Shown here one piece after another: positions 28,274 to 37,812 of a stretch of 64,000 nt of DNA. The translations under genes were made by a program, and so were the position numbers. Under the pieces are notes generated by a model. That model made no database searches, was not told the origin of the DNA, and saw only the letters and a program-made list of their open reading frames with translations. This stretch comes from a virus (lineage: Duplodnaviria > Caudoviricetes), in IMG/VR virus record IMGVR_UViG_2595698524_000001, positions 128,001 to 192,000 of that record; one strand, written 5' to 3'. Every line of letters starts with the position of its first letter. Position 1 is the stretch's first letter.

Positions 28274-28840
28274 ATGAAAAAGATGTCCTTTAGTCGTTCT
28301 CTGTACGTTCGTGAAACTGTAGAGAATTATTCTGCAACAGAGCTGTGTGCTTTGATGAAGTCTATTGAAGTAAGTCGCGATGCAAGAGTAGTAGCGCTCA
28401 ACGGTACCCGTGAGATGCTGGAGGCCATCCTCAACACTCCGCAATTAAATTATTACCTGCGATGCAACTACAAGTCGGTTATCGATGCCGTCGAAATGGG
28501 GAAATGCAGTTTTAGAAAGTGGGGCGCTCCTGCACGTGCTACTGTCGTGGTAACTGACCACCACGAAGGGGTACGCGTAAGCATTCTGGGCACCGAGATG
28601 TCGGTGGTGGTACCAGATGGTTTCGTGGAGAAATATGATGTCGCTCAGAGCAGTGTGGACGGTGTGCTGTTAGACGCTGACCGCTTTGACTTTGTCTTCA
28701 CCTTCCCAGCCGCTATCTCTTGCTACTACCCGCTTATCAAAATGCTGCGCGAAGCATCACAGCACCTTGAGTGTATTGATGTCTTCCGCTTACAAGATGC
28801 GTCAGGACAAACGGAGAGCGCTCTGCGCCTTTTTGCCTGA
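28274..28840 (+). CDS. Hypothetical protein
   Basis: GGAG RBS before ATG 28274. Confidence 0.65.
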   Translation: MKKMSFSRSLYVRETVENYSATELCALMKSIEVSRDARVVALNGTREMLEAILNTPQLNYYLRCNYKSVIDAVEMGKCSFRKWGAPARATVVVTDHHEGVRVSILGTEMSVVVPDGFVEKYDVAQSSVDGVLLDADRFDFVFTFPAAISCYYPLIKMLREASQHLECIDVFRLQDASGQTESALRLFA

Positions 28841-28865
28841 CCCTAGCACCGAATGAGGAGTAATC

Positions 28866-29375
28866 ATGTTTACCTTTACCCGTATGAACAAATTTTCCCC
28901 TGCACAGTTAATGGCAATGGCTTCTACCATGTGTCAAATGCAGGATTTAGAGCAGCGTATCTTAAACGGTACAGGCAGCATTGAGAAGGCTGCGCGCCAA
29001 ATCAATATTCGTCTGTACACCGCTGCGCAACGTAGTGGAGCTTTCCACAAATCGTTGTTTGCATTGCCGATGGTTACTGCCTATCGGGACAACCACGGCC
29101 TGCCGTTCAATCGGGACTTCCCACTTCACCTTAGCACCTGCTTATACATTGCGTATAAGCCTGTTTTCGGTGACATCCGTATACGCAATATATTGACGGG
29201 TGAGGAGTTTCGCAGTACCGAACGCGGCACTCCAGTCATGGAGAAGTCGGAAGGGGTATTCGTGTTTAACGGCGCTAGGGTGCTGAACAATACGCCGTAC
29301 GAAGATATCAGTGGGGTCTACAGACCTGTGCTCGAAGTCGTAGAAGAGGACGATGACGAGCTGGTCATGAGTTAA
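28866..29375 (+). CDS. Hypothetical protein
   Basis: GAGGAG RBS; 169 aa. Confidence 0.7.
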   Translation: MFTFTRMNKFSPAQLMAMASTMCQMQDLEQRILNGTGSIEKAARQINIRLYTAAQRSGAFHKSLFALPMVTAYRDNHGLPFNRDFPLHLSTCLYIAYKPVFGDIRIRNILTGEEFRSTERGTPVMEKSEGVFVFNGARVLNNTPYEDISGVYRPVLEVVEEDDDELVMS

Positions 29376-29407
29376 TGTGCCAACGTTTAGGTTCACGTTT
29401 GAACCGG

Positions 29408-29438
29408 GAGGACAGGGAATCTGTCCTCTTCTTTTTTT
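29408..29438 (+). terminator. Intrinsic terminator
   Basis: GAGGACAG-ggaat-CTGTCCTC plus T-tract. Confidence 0.7.
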
Positions 29439-29465
29439 CTATCCAAATAATCACGTGGAGTTATC

Positions 29466-30278
29466 ATGCAAAATATAGACCGATTCTTTCCGAACCACTC
29501 TGAACTCGAACAGCGTGGAATCGTAGATGCTAGGGAGGAGATACTCACCATTAACAATATGCTGGTTTCCATGCTGGCCGACCCTGAAGTTCCAGATATG
29601 GTGAAACCGCTAATCTGGGGCGAGGTGAGAAAAGACACCCTTAGTCAAGATCAGTTCCAAAGCTTTCTGAATAATAAAACGGGCGCAGCAGATTGGTTAC
29701 GTAACAGTTTCCCGGAGATGGTAAAGGTTACGTTTCTTAATGACGATCGAAAAGCGAAGACCCCAGGCTTATCTAAAATAGGCGTTTACTTTGAAGTGAA
29801 AAACGGGCACATCATCGTGTACCCTATCGGCTTCAACCTCCCCGGTGGGAACGTGTTCAAATGCGCCGAACGTGGGGATTTGAATGGTTGTCGTGAACTG
29901 ACCAAAACCTTTGTGTTCTTCGGGCCGGATGCGCAGTTTGCGTGCGCGATGCCGCAAGATGTATTACAAGCGCTTCAGGGATTACGGGCAGAACTCTGGG
30001 AATTCATAAACCCTCGCATGCCGTATTTGAATGAAACGATTCACGCTCTTCGTGACGAGATAGATGCGCGACTTCGCTATCAGGCCGAGACTAGCGTGTT
30101 GGCACCGGTGTTGAGTTTGGCCGTATCTGCTTTAAACGACCCGACCAAAAGAAAAGACATGGGCCGCTGGCTGCGTAGTGAATATCTGAAAGACGAAATG
30201 GTTTTTAATCATGCCTGTAAACTGCTCGATATTGCAATTAACACGGGTAACGATGGTGTGACTGTACGCTATTTATAA
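29466..30278 (+). CDS. Hypothetical protein
   Basis: GGAG RBS; 270 aa. Confidence 0.7.
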   Translation: MQNIDRFFPNHSELEQRGIVDAREEILTINNMLVSMLADPEVPDMVKPLIWGEVRKDTLSQDQFQSFLNNKTGAADWLRNSFPEMVKVTFLNDDRKAKTPGLSKIGVYFEVKNGHIIVYPIGFNLPGGNVFKCAERGDLNGCRELTKTFVFFGPDAQFACAMPQDVLQALQGLRAELWEFINPRMPYLNETIHALRDEIDARLRYQAETSVLAPVLSLAVSALNDPTKRKDMGRWLRSEYLKDEMVFNHACKLLDIAINTGNDGVTVRYL

Positions 30279-30284
30279 AAGAGC

Positions 30285-30309
30285 GGGACTTCGGTCCCTT
30301 CTTTTTTTT
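30285..30309 (+). terminator. Intrinsic terminator
   Basis: GGGAC-ttcg-GTCCC plus long T-tract. Confidence 0.75.
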
Positions 30310-30360
30310 GTTTTTTACGGTACATGCCTAGAGTATAAGAAAAGAAAAGGTGTGAATATC

Positions 30361-32871
30361 ATGTTCAAAGTAGACCGTATTGTTCTTAAGCGTTTCACAG
30401 GGATGTCGCTACATGAGATTGCTGAGTTCGACTTTACCATCAAAACGCCCATCACAATTATTCTCGGCGGTAACGGTTCCGGCAAAACCAGTCTCTTGTC
30501 AGTTTATTTCCCGGTCTGTCCACCGAAAGAAGATTTGATGGACGGTGGTTCGTACACCAACTACTGTCAGAAGGACGACACCAAATATAAGTGCCACGTC
30601 AAACGTACGGGCGGGACACTGCACTGCACCATCGTTAACTTGACCACCAATGAAGAAGTGGTATCTAAAGTTAACCCGAAAGTTTACAACGCGAATATCG
30701 AAGACCTGTTTGGTTTGAACCGTGAACGTAAAGAGCTGCTGAACGGTGAGAACATTCTGACCCGTGCAGGTACCGCACAGCGTCGTCAGTGGTTCACCAT
30801 GCTGTCTACCTCTAACCTGACCTACGCGCTGGGCTTTTATGCGCGTCTGCGTAAGCACCTGACTGCGCTCGGCAACCAAGCCGACTACGTCCGTGGTAAG
30901 ATTGCCGAAACCAAAGTCCGTGTGGTTGAAGACGAGTCTGAACGTCTACAGTTAGAAACCCGTTTACAGCAACTCGAGAAGGAAATCAATCAGCTGGCCG
31001 CATCATTAGCCAACACGCCTGCTACCGACCCGAATGTGGATGAGGATTATATTCGCCATCTCTTGGCGCAGTGTGGTGAAGTCAGCAAGTTCGTGGTGGG
31101 TAGTGAGTCCATTCCGGTGCAGGAAGACATTGACGCTGCGCAACTGACTATTCAAAACCTGAATGGACAGATTCAAACGTGGGGTGCTGTTTACAGTGAG
31201 CGTAATAAGGCGCTGTCACAGCTGATGGATGAGGAAGCTCGTCAGCAGTATCTGATGCGTAACCACACCGGATTAAAAGAACAGATGGAGAAGCTCACCG
31301 AAACTGTTCAAGGTTACGAAAACCGTCAGTACATGTTCCCCGGGCTGTTCGATACGCAACTGACTATCGGTGAATTAATTTCGGCTACTACTGTTGCGCA
31401 GGAGTTTACGCCTTTACTGCAATCGAATTTGGACGGACTAACAACTCGTGAAACCATTCGTGCGATTCAAGAGCGTCTCTTGCCCATTGAAAACCGCGTT
31501 TCTGAGCTGGCAGGTAAACGCATCAACTTAGAGCGCTTGCTTGGCGAAGACCGTTCCATGTTGCAGCACATTCGTGACACTGACGAGGTAAGTTGTCCGA
31601 ATTGCACACACACCTTTAAACCGGGCGTGGGTAAACTCACGGAAGGGGATTTACTGCAACGCATTCAGACCGGTGAAAACCACATCGTAATCGTCGCAAC
31701 AGAAATTGAGCAGCTGACTCGCGAACAAACGAGCTTAATTGAAGAGATGAAACGCCTGCAAGCTATCCGTGAGATTGTCATGACTTTCTCCCGCGACCGC
31801 GTATTAGGTATCCTCTTTAAGAAACTCACCGAGGAAGAAGCTTTCCGTCAGCATCGGTACAAATTCGGCGGTATCATGACCGTCTTCTTTGATGAGCTGG
31901 CAGAAGCGACTCATTACCTGCGAGCCTGCAAAGATTTGGACAAAACCAAATCAGAGTGGGCTGAGTTGGCGCGGGCGCAAGGCAATGTTGATACCACGCT
32001 GGAAGCACGTATCAAAATTCAGCAAGAAGCGGTTAATGAAGCATTGCAAGCGAAGTACGACGTTGAGGGAACGCTTAAGCAAGCGCAGGCGCATTTGTCT
32101 AGTCTGCAGCGTACCAAAACTGCGGTTGAGAACTTCAAGGTCTTAGAGGGGCGTTTAGAGTCTGCTCTGCGTCTTTACTCGAACAACCTTGCTGTAAAAG
32201 AAGTCGAATCATTGAGGGATTCTCGCTGGGACCAATTCTCGATTGCTCGTGAACGTTATCGTTTAATGCAGCAGGAGTTGGATAAACTCGCGGAACTCGA
32301 AAAAGAGCTGGAGCGTTTGTTAAAGCATCAGCACACGACCAAACTGATGGTGCAGAGTTTCTCTCCGGAGAAAGGTGTTCTGCGTCGTCACTTCTTTAAC
32401 TCAATTGCACGTGTAACCGAGATGATGTCCAGCTACATCGAACATATCTGGGCGTACCCAATGCAAGTCTTGCCGTGTGATATGTCTGAGGGTGACTTGG
32501 ACTACCGTTTTCCGTACCGTTTAAAAGACAACGCGGAACCGGTGTTCGATATCTGCAAAGGTTCAGCCGCACAACGCGATATCTTCGACTTGACTTTCCG
32601 CTTAACGGCGTATCGTTGCTTAGGGTTGAAGCAATATCCGCTACTGTTGGATGAGCCGGGCGCAACATTCGACGAAGCTCACCGTAACGAACTGGTAGAC
32701 TTCTTGAAAATGCTGCTGCACTCAGACGAGTTCTCACAAATCATCGTAATCTCGCATAACTCCGAGGTTCACTCGAAGTTAGTCGGTGCAGATTACTGCG
32801 TGCTGGAATCCGAAGGGATTACCCCGCCGCCTGTCTATAACCAAAACGTGAAGATAACGTACAATGACTAA
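30361..32871 (+). CDS. sbcC: SbcC/Rad50-like SMC ATPase
   Basis: Walker A GGNGSGKT, coiled coils, central CPNC zinc hook, Walker B LLLDEP, ISH H-loop. Confidence 0.88.
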   Translation: MFKVDRIVLKRFTGMSLHEIAEFDFTIKTPITIILGGNGSGKTSLLSVYFPVCPPKEDLMDGGSYTNYCQKDDTKYKCHVKRTGGTLHCTIVNLTTNEEVVSKVNPKVYNANIEDLFGLNRERKELLNGENILTRAGTAQRRQWFTMLSTSNLTYALGFYARLRKHLTALGNQADYVRGKIAETKVRVVEDESERLQLETRLQQLEKEINQLAASLANTPATDPNVDEDYIRHLLAQCGEVSKFVVGSESIPVQEDIDAAQLTIQNLNGQIQTWGAVYSERNKALSQLMDEEARQQYLMRNHTGLKEQMEKLTETVQGYENRQYMFPGLFDTQLTIGELISATTVAQEFTPLLQSNLDGLTTRETIRAIQERLLPIENRVSELAGKRINLERLLGEDRSMLQHIRDTDEVSCPNCTHTFKPGVGKLTEGDLLQRIQTGENHIVIVATEIEQLTREQTSLIEEMKRLQAIREIVMTFSRDRVLGILFKKLTEEEAFRQHRYKFGGIMTVFFDELAEATHYLRACKDLDKTKSEWAELARAQGNVDTTLEARIKIQQEAVNEALQAKYDVEGTLKQAQAHLSSLQRTKTAVENFKVLEGRLESALRLYSNNLAVKEVESLRDSRWDQFSIARERYRLMQQELDKLAELEKELERLLKHQHTTKLMVQSFSPEKGVLRRHFFNSIARVTEMMSSYIEHIWAYPMQVLPCDMSEGDLDYRFPYRLKDNAEPVFDICKGSAAQRDIFDLTFRLTAYRCLGLKQYPLLLDEPGATFDEAHRNELVDFLKMLLHSDEFSQIIVISHNSEVHSKLVGADYCVLESEGITPPPVYNQNVKITYND

Positions 32872-32880
32872 GGAGGTAAA

Positions 32881-33222
32881 ATGGGCGGAACAGCTGTAGT
32901 AGTTGTCACAGCAGCAGCGGCTAATGCGGCCGCTAGTGCATCGTTAGCTGCGAGTAATGCGGCCCTAGCCGCCAATAGCTTGAACCATTCAGGTGGGGAC
33001 ATTGGTGAAGGTGGCGAGATTGCGCTTGCGATAATTCTGATTATTGCAGTGTTGCTTATTGGCGTGTCGCAGATACGAGATTATAAATGGGAGCGTGACT
33101 TTTACAGCGGATACGACTCCCGTAAGTCCGAGGTGGCTAGCCGTCGAATGACGGCAACGGCGGCGGTAATGTGTTTCGTGTTAGCGGCGATTTTAATTCT
33201 GGTTATAATGGCGGTGGCATAA
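32881..33222 (+). CDS. Membrane protein with Ala-rich N-terminus
   Basis: AAGGAGG RBS; two hydrophobic segments. Confidence 0.7.
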   Translation: MGGTAVVVVTAAAANAAASASLAASNAALAANSLNHSGGDIGEGGEIALAIILIIAVLLIGVSQIRDYKWERDFYSGYDSRKSEVASRRMTATAAVMCFVLAAILILVIMAVA

Positions 33223-33314
33223 TGAACATCATGACTTTGATTGGCCGGGTTATTAAGGCGATCATACGTGCTATGTTTTCAAGGAAGAAAAATGAAGAAC
33301 GCAAAGAAAATTAA
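33222..33314 (+). CDS. Small hypothetical protein (30 aa)
   Basis: TAATG coupling to the upstream gene; MNIMTLIGRVIKAIIRAMFS... Confidence 0.4.
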   Translation: MNIMTLIGRVIKAIIRAMFSRKKNEERKEN

Positions 33315-33420
33315 AAAGCTTACCTCGTCTCTCCCTCGCTTCATTGAAGAAGTCGGGGGTAAGAAACTCAGTAAGTGGCAGCGAGATTTGATTAAACGCT
33401 TCAAACGGAAAGAAAAATAA
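33292..33420 (+). CDS. Small basic protein (42 aa)
   Basis: AAGGA RBS; MKNAKKIKKL...KRKEK. Confidence 0.5.
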   Translation: MKNAKKIKKLTSSLPRFIEEVGGKKLSKWQRDLIKRFKRKEK

Positions 33421-33422
33421 CT

Positions 33423-33443
33423 CAGATATATATCATCTTAGTG
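33423..33443 (+). promoter_or_regulatory. Putative phage early promoter
   Basis: CAGATATATATCATCTTAGTG, a near-copy of the 26695 motif, located upstream of a gene. Confidence 0.6.
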
Positions 33444-33468
33444 ACTATCAATCCTTTTGGAGCTAATC

Positions 33469-34164
33469 ATGTCTTATCCGTTTTTACTTGAACTAGAACA
33501 AGAACTGTTCCCTAATTTGTCTGTGAAGAAAATGTGGGAGAGTGACTACGCACAGTTCTTTTCTATTGCTGCACACGGCGGGCCTGAACGTTCGTGGGGG
33601 TTTTCTGCGGTTGATATTAAGATTCGTCTACGTGCTTTTGATGCGCTGTCAAAGTGGTGGAAACAATTCGGTTTAAGGGAGTGCTCTGCGGACCGTTGGG
33701 TTGCTACGTGGGACGAACACCGCTTTAAAGAAGCGTATGAAGAACAGCGAATGCATCAGCCGTTCGACATGCTCAGCTTCCTCACCGCGATGGACAGATT
33801 AACCGGCAACGATTTAATTCGCTTCCAAGGTGCGATTCTTCCGGAGTGGGTGCTGTCGCCGTCGTACAATTATGTCGATGAGCCGACTAAGCTGTACCGA
33901 GCGATGCGTGACATCTGGTATGGCCCGCGTCCGAAAAGGGAATACTTGGACTTCGGTGACGCCGCTATTCGTTACGCATGGCATCAACACCACTATTTCC
34001 CGTATCAGCCTGAGCCTGAACTCTGGATGTACGTGGCAATGAATGGTAAACCATCCTACGTTAAAGGCCGTTTGTATGCGTACAACAAGTATCGCGACGT
34101 AACGGTTCTCGAAGAAAAGTTCCTGAAAACTTTGGTGAACCTGAACATCACTAAACGAAAGTAA
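33469..34164 (+). CDS. Hypothetical protein
   Basis: GGAG RBS before MSYPF. Confidence 0.7.
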   Translation: MSYPFLLELEQELFPNLSVKKMWESDYAQFFSIAAHGGPERSWGFSAVDIKIRLRAFDALSKWWKQFGLRECSADRWVATWDEHRFKEAYEEQRMHQPFDMLSFLTAMDRLTGNDLIRFQGAILPEWVLSPSYNYVDEPTKLYRAMRDIWYGPRPKREYLDFGDAAIRYAWHQHHYFPYQPEPELWMYVAMNGKPSYVKGRLYAYNKYRDVTVLEEKFLKTLVNLNITKRK

Positions 34165-34173
34165 GGGTTTTAC

Positions 34174-34296
34174 ATGGACGGCTGGAGTGCTGAATTAATT
34201 GGGAGCGGGATATTTCTCGCTCTCTCTTTTCTCTTTCTTTACATTATACACAGACGAGATAAGAAATCTCGAAGGGGTGCGAATGACAAACCGTAA
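34174..34296 (+). CDS. Small single-TM protein (40 aa)
   Basis: MDGWSAELIGSGIFLALSFLFLYIIHRRDKK...; AAGGG RBS; below the ORF-track cut-off. Confidence 0.5.
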   Translation: MDGWSAELIGSGIFLALSFLFLYIIHRRDKKSRRGANDKP

Positions 34297-34432
34297 AGCT
34301 ATTTTCGCTATCGTTATTATCGTGGCGCTGCTAATGAAACAGTGGTGGCTTGTAATGCCGATGTTGGGCTTCGCGTTGGGTTATATTGCCCGTTCAGAAG
34401 TAGAACGTCAGCGTAAAGGTAAGCGGGTATGA
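34283..34432 (+). CDS. Small membrane protein
   Basis: MTNRKAIFAIVIIVALL...; AAGGGG RBS; ATGA overlap with the next gene. Confidence 0.55.
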   Translation: MTNRKAIFAIVIIVALLMKQWWLVMPMLGFALGYIARSEVERQRKGKRV

Positions 34433-34731
34433 ACCCGCTTTTCACACCGGTGAAAGACCCGGCACTATTACCCGTCGTCGTTGAACGTCCGCAGCTGCTT
34501 TCTGCGGACTTTGACGGCGATACACCTTCCATGTCTCTGCGAAGTCCGTACGGTACTACGGGTGTCCGTCTTGCAGAGTTATTAGCTTCTACCATCCGTA
34601 GTGTCGCAGGTGCGTGGCGGAAAATGGTAACCAGTCCTGAATTTATTCGTGCAGTAAATATTGAACGGAAGCAACGCCGTTTGAAAAACCAAAGACGTCG
34701 TCGCAAGTCTAAAGCGAACCGTAAAAAATAA
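34429..34731 (+). CDS. Hypothetical protein with Arg/Lys-rich C-terminus
   Basis: 100 aa ending KNQRRRRKSKANRKK. Confidence 0.65.
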   Translation: MNPLFTPVKDPALLPVVVERPQLLSADFDGDTPSMSLRSPYGTTGVRLAELLASTIRSVAGAWRKMVTSPEFIRAVNIERKQRRLKNQRRRRKSKANRKK

Positions 34732-34774
34732 TACCGTAAAGACATATCTATCACTATACCGTGGAGCATTCAAA

Positions 34775-35662
34775 ATGAACGAACAAAAGAAAGTCACTTT
34801 GCCGGGTAGCATCTCTAACATCCCAACCACTAACTACGCCCGTGCTTACTCTATCGTCAGTACGTGGGCACATCACTACACACCTGATGAAATGAAACGC
34901 CTACTCATCGGCCGGGGTGTTGACATTAGCGATATCGATGTTGAGGCGATGCACAAAGTCTGCAGCGCTTCTCTGGAAGGTTTAACTGCACCTGCAGGTG
35001 GCCTTGAAATCACCTACGAAGACGGCACGAAGGAATCACGTTCCGCATCGGCCTCGTTGATGCAACCTAAGACGCCGGAAGAACAGGAGAACGCGTGGAT
35101 TGAACGTAAGCGTGGTTTGATTGTTGCGGCATTGGCACGCCATCAAGGGGATGTTGATAAACTTGCCGCTATTGATAAGTTAACCCAGCGTCTGTTTAGC
35201 AAAGATCGTACGGCTTCTGAGCACATGCGGGATATGCAAGAACTTGCGGATTTGTTGGGTGTTAACACGTTGAATGAAGACTCTGCGTGGGATGCTTTTA
35301 AATCAGAAGCACTGAAGGCGGTGCCCGGAATGCATCGTAACCCAACGCCTATTCGTTTGACTGGTGAAAGCGAATTCAGCCGCATCGGGGATTATGGAAA
35401 TCGTGGTCAAGGTTTCCTGAATCCTTGGAACTTGCAAGAGAGGAGTGGTCCGGGTGATGAACGCTTTTCAATTCACATGAGCAACCCGCAGCTTGGGGAT
35501 ATTTTCGGCATCCCTAAACCAGCGCCTGCTCATGAGAGCCCGTATGGACATGTGTTCCGTACCTACAGCGATGACTACCTGCGTGAAGCGTCCATCAAAC
35601 GTAAGGCGAAACGTATTAAGAATCAGCGTCGTCGTCGCAATGCGAAAGCACGGAGAAAATAA
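34775..35662 (+). CDS. Hypothetical protein with Arg/Lys-rich C-terminus
   Basis: GGAG RBS; 295 aa ending KNQRRRRNAKARRK. Confidence 0.7.
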   Translation: MNEQKKVTLPGSISNIPTTNYARAYSIVSTWAHHYTPDEMKRLLIGRGVDISDIDVEAMHKVCSASLEGLTAPAGGLEITYEDGTKESRSASASLMQPKTPEEQENAWIERKRGLIVAALARHQGDVDKLAAIDKLTQRLFSKDRTASEHMRDMQELADLLGVNTLNEDSAWDAFKSEALKAVPGMHRNPTPIRLTGESEFSRIGDYGNRGQGFLNPWNLQERSGPGDERFSIHMSNPQLGDIFGIPKPAPAHESPYGHVFRTYSDDYLREASIKRKAKRIKNQRRRRNAKARRK

Positions 35663-35844
35663 TGGAACAGGTATTTCAGTTACAACCGGTGCCGTTTATC
35701 GTACGCCCTCCTGAAGAACCAGAGCAGACGGTATTACGATACCGTACAAAAACGACCATTGCCGGTAAAGACTATCTCTTATACACCCCGGGTCCGCAAG
35801 ACGAGACTTCCGAGCTGGTGAAGGTGAATCTAAATGACTGTTGA
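35662..35844 (+). CDS. Hypothetical protein
   Basis: TAATG coupling; GGAG RBS. Confidence 0.55.
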   Translation: MEQVFQLQPVPFIVRPPEEPEQTVLRYRTKTTIAGKDYLLYTPGPQDETSELVKVNLNDC

Positions 35845-36022
35845 CGACATTCTGCTGTTTCAGAAGTTCCTCGGTGCGTTATGCATCGGGGTTGTTTTAG
35901 TTGTTGTTGCGTTAGCCGTTGCGGTTCTCGTCGACAAATACCGTAACCCTATTGTAGAGGAGGAATCCGATGAGTCAGCTGACGTGGCACACGAAGCACG
36001 AGCATTACCACACTCTGAATAA
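35834..36022 (+). CDS. Small membrane protein
   Basis: One TM segment followed by an acidic tail. Confidence 0.55.
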   Translation: MTVDDILLFQKFLGALCIGVVLVVVALAVAVLVDKYRNPIVEEESDESADVAHEARALPHSE

Positions 36023-36290
36023 CGAAATCGGCGAGTGGGCGAAAGTTAACGTGGGTCCGAACTGGGACTTAGAAACCACGTACACTTTTATTTGGTTTGA
36101 CGGTGAAGAGCATCTGTTCCGTGAAGATGTTCGTGAGAAGGTGATGAAAAAGATGGAAGGGCATCCGCCTATTCCTGAGAATCATCGCCGTCTCTATAAC
36201 CTCTACCAGAACTACAATCACAATCCGGTGAAGACGTACTTCACGTACATCGACGTACCGGCCGAAGACTGTTATCAGAAAGAGCGTTAA
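35970..36290 (+). CDS. Hypothetical protein
   Basis: GAGGAGG RBS; 106 aa. Confidence 0.65.
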   Translation: MSQLTWHTKHEHYHTLNNEIGEWAKVNVGPNWDLETTYTFIWFDGEEHLFREDVREKVMKKMEGHPPIPENHRRLYNLYQNYNHNPVKTYFTYIDVPAEDCYQKER

Positions 36291-36292
36291 TC

Positions 36293-36790
36293 ATGCCATC
36301 ATTAAAGTTTCTCCGAGAGTCTGAAATCGGCGGGGATTTGTTCAACGCGCCTGAGACGTATAAAGTCGTTACGGTGAATCAGGTCGGTGCTATGGGTCGG
36401 GGCATAGCACTGGCGTGTAAAGAACGTTATCCCATTGTCTATCGGGAGTACCGTTGGGCATGTCGTGAGAAACTTTATTTCCCCGACGATGTCATGGTGT
36501 TTGACGAGGAGAAGGTGATTCTCCTCGCGACCAAGCACGACTGGAAGGACCCATCTACCGTTGAAATAATTACGAGAGGGTTATATGGTTTGAGTCGCCA
36601 GTTGCCCACGTTAAACGCATCCGTTGCCCTTCCGCCATTAGGAATGGTTAATGGGTGGTTGAAGAAATCTCAGCGTGCTGAGGTTTTTTCTTTGCTGGTT
36701 GAACTTTTCTACAAACAGGATTGTACAGTGAGAATGTACCTTCCAGATGTTTTGTATGAGGAGGTACATGCAATGTACCATTCCAAATAG
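36293..36790 (+). CDS. Macrodomain protein (Poa1p/DarG-like ADP-ribose hydrolase)
   Basis: GDLF, VNQVGAMGRGIA...YP, TKHDWK and ALPPLGMVNG match the macro fold motifs. Confidence 0.8.
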   Translation: MPSLKFLRESEIGGDLFNAPETYKVVTVNQVGAMGRGIALACKERYPIVYREYRWACREKLYFPDDVMVFDEEKVILLATKHDWKDPSTVEIITRGLYGLSRQLPTLNASVALPPLGMVNGWLKKSQRAEVFSLLVELFYKQDCTVRMYLPDVLYEEVHAMYHSK

Positions 36791-36794
36791 GGAT

Positions 36795-36814
36795 GGATAT
36801 ATATTCTCATTGTG
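36795..36814 (+). promoter_or_regulatory. Putative phage promoter (same motif family)
   Basis: GGATATATATTCTCATTGTG in the intergenic gap before the endolysin gene. Confidence 0.5.
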
Positions 36815-36944
36815 GCTAATAGGTTAGCCCGAGAACGTCTAATAATTAATCTCCGCAGGAGGCAGACTTAAGAACACCACGCCATTGGGGTAGTTGCATT
36901 GGCTACAAACCAGCGTTCAACAATTCGCACGAGGATAACCTTAA

Positions 36945-37799
36945 ATGAAACGTTTATTTTTAGGCTTAGCAATCCTGCTTACAAGCCTGCATGCAATGTC
37001 GTCGACGTCCACCGGCTCCCACTGGGACCGTCATAAGCAGACTGTCGTTAAAGCCGCCAAGAAAGTTGGCGTATCTCCAAAGCTCGCTACCGCTATCGCC
37101 AGTCGCGAATCAAACGGTAAAGCGAATGCTAAAAATCAATACTCGTCAGCATCCGGGCTGATGCAAGTTACGCGTCCTACTGGTAGAACAATGTTGCGTA
37201 AGTACGGTAAAGAGTTAGGACTCCCGTCTAACGCAGACATCATGAACCCAAAGGTGAACGCGCTGTTAGGGACTGTCTATTTAAGAGAAGTCCGTCAGGA
37301 AATGAATCAACGCTTGGGCCGCCCAGCTCGGGACCACGAAGTGTATCTTGCATATCACTTCTCACCCTCAAAAGCTGAGCGAATTATTAAAGCGCGTCCT
37401 TCTAAACGTATGGTTGATATTTACCCCGCTGCCGCCCGTGGCAATAAAGCGTGGTATTATCACAAAGGTGGAAAAGCAAAATCCGCAGCCGATGTTATCA
37501 ACATGGCGCGGGCAAAAGTCGGCAAAGAGTCGAAGTATGGTCACGAAGCTGTGTCAGTTGCCAAAGCACCGAAGGCAAAACCCGCGCCAACCGCTACCGC
37601 GAGCATGGGTACTACCACACCTGTCTGTTTTGCAGATTTGCAATCAGAGTCGTCAGAGCCTCGTGAACACCCTTTAACGGCAAAAGGTAAGTTAGGCAGT
37701 AGCGTCATATCGCGCTGCCGCGATACCGCTGCCATGGACCCGGAGTTTGATACTGCCATGGTGCAGTTTTCCTTGAAAGATAATTATTTGCGCTATTAA
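36945..37799 (+). CDS. Lytic transglycosylase (SLT/gp144-like) with N-terminal signal peptide; putative endolysin
   Basis: IASRES catalytic Glu, SASGLMQ, YLAYH motifs; MKRLFLGLAILLTSLHA leader. Confidence 0.8.
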   Translation: MKRLFLGLAILLTSLHAMSSTSTGSHWDRHKQTVVKAAKKVGVSPKLATAIASRESNGKANAKNQYSSASGLMQVTRPTGRTMLRKYGKELGLPSNADIMNPKVNALLGTVYLREVRQEMNQRLGRPARDHEVYLAYHFSPSKAERIIKARPSKRMVDIYPAAARGNKAWYYHKGGKAKSAADVINMARAKVGKESKYGHEAVSVAKAPKAKPAPTATASMGTTTPVCFADLQSESSEPREHPLTAKGKLGSSVISRCRDTAAMDPEFDTAMVQFSLKDNYLRY

Positions 37800-37812
37800 C
37801 TAGGAGCAGACG

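Noticed and set aside
30361-32871. SbcC without an adjacent SbcD as an anomaly
   Set aside because: The nuclease partner may be encoded outside this window, as dispersed gene order is usual in phiKZ-like phages.
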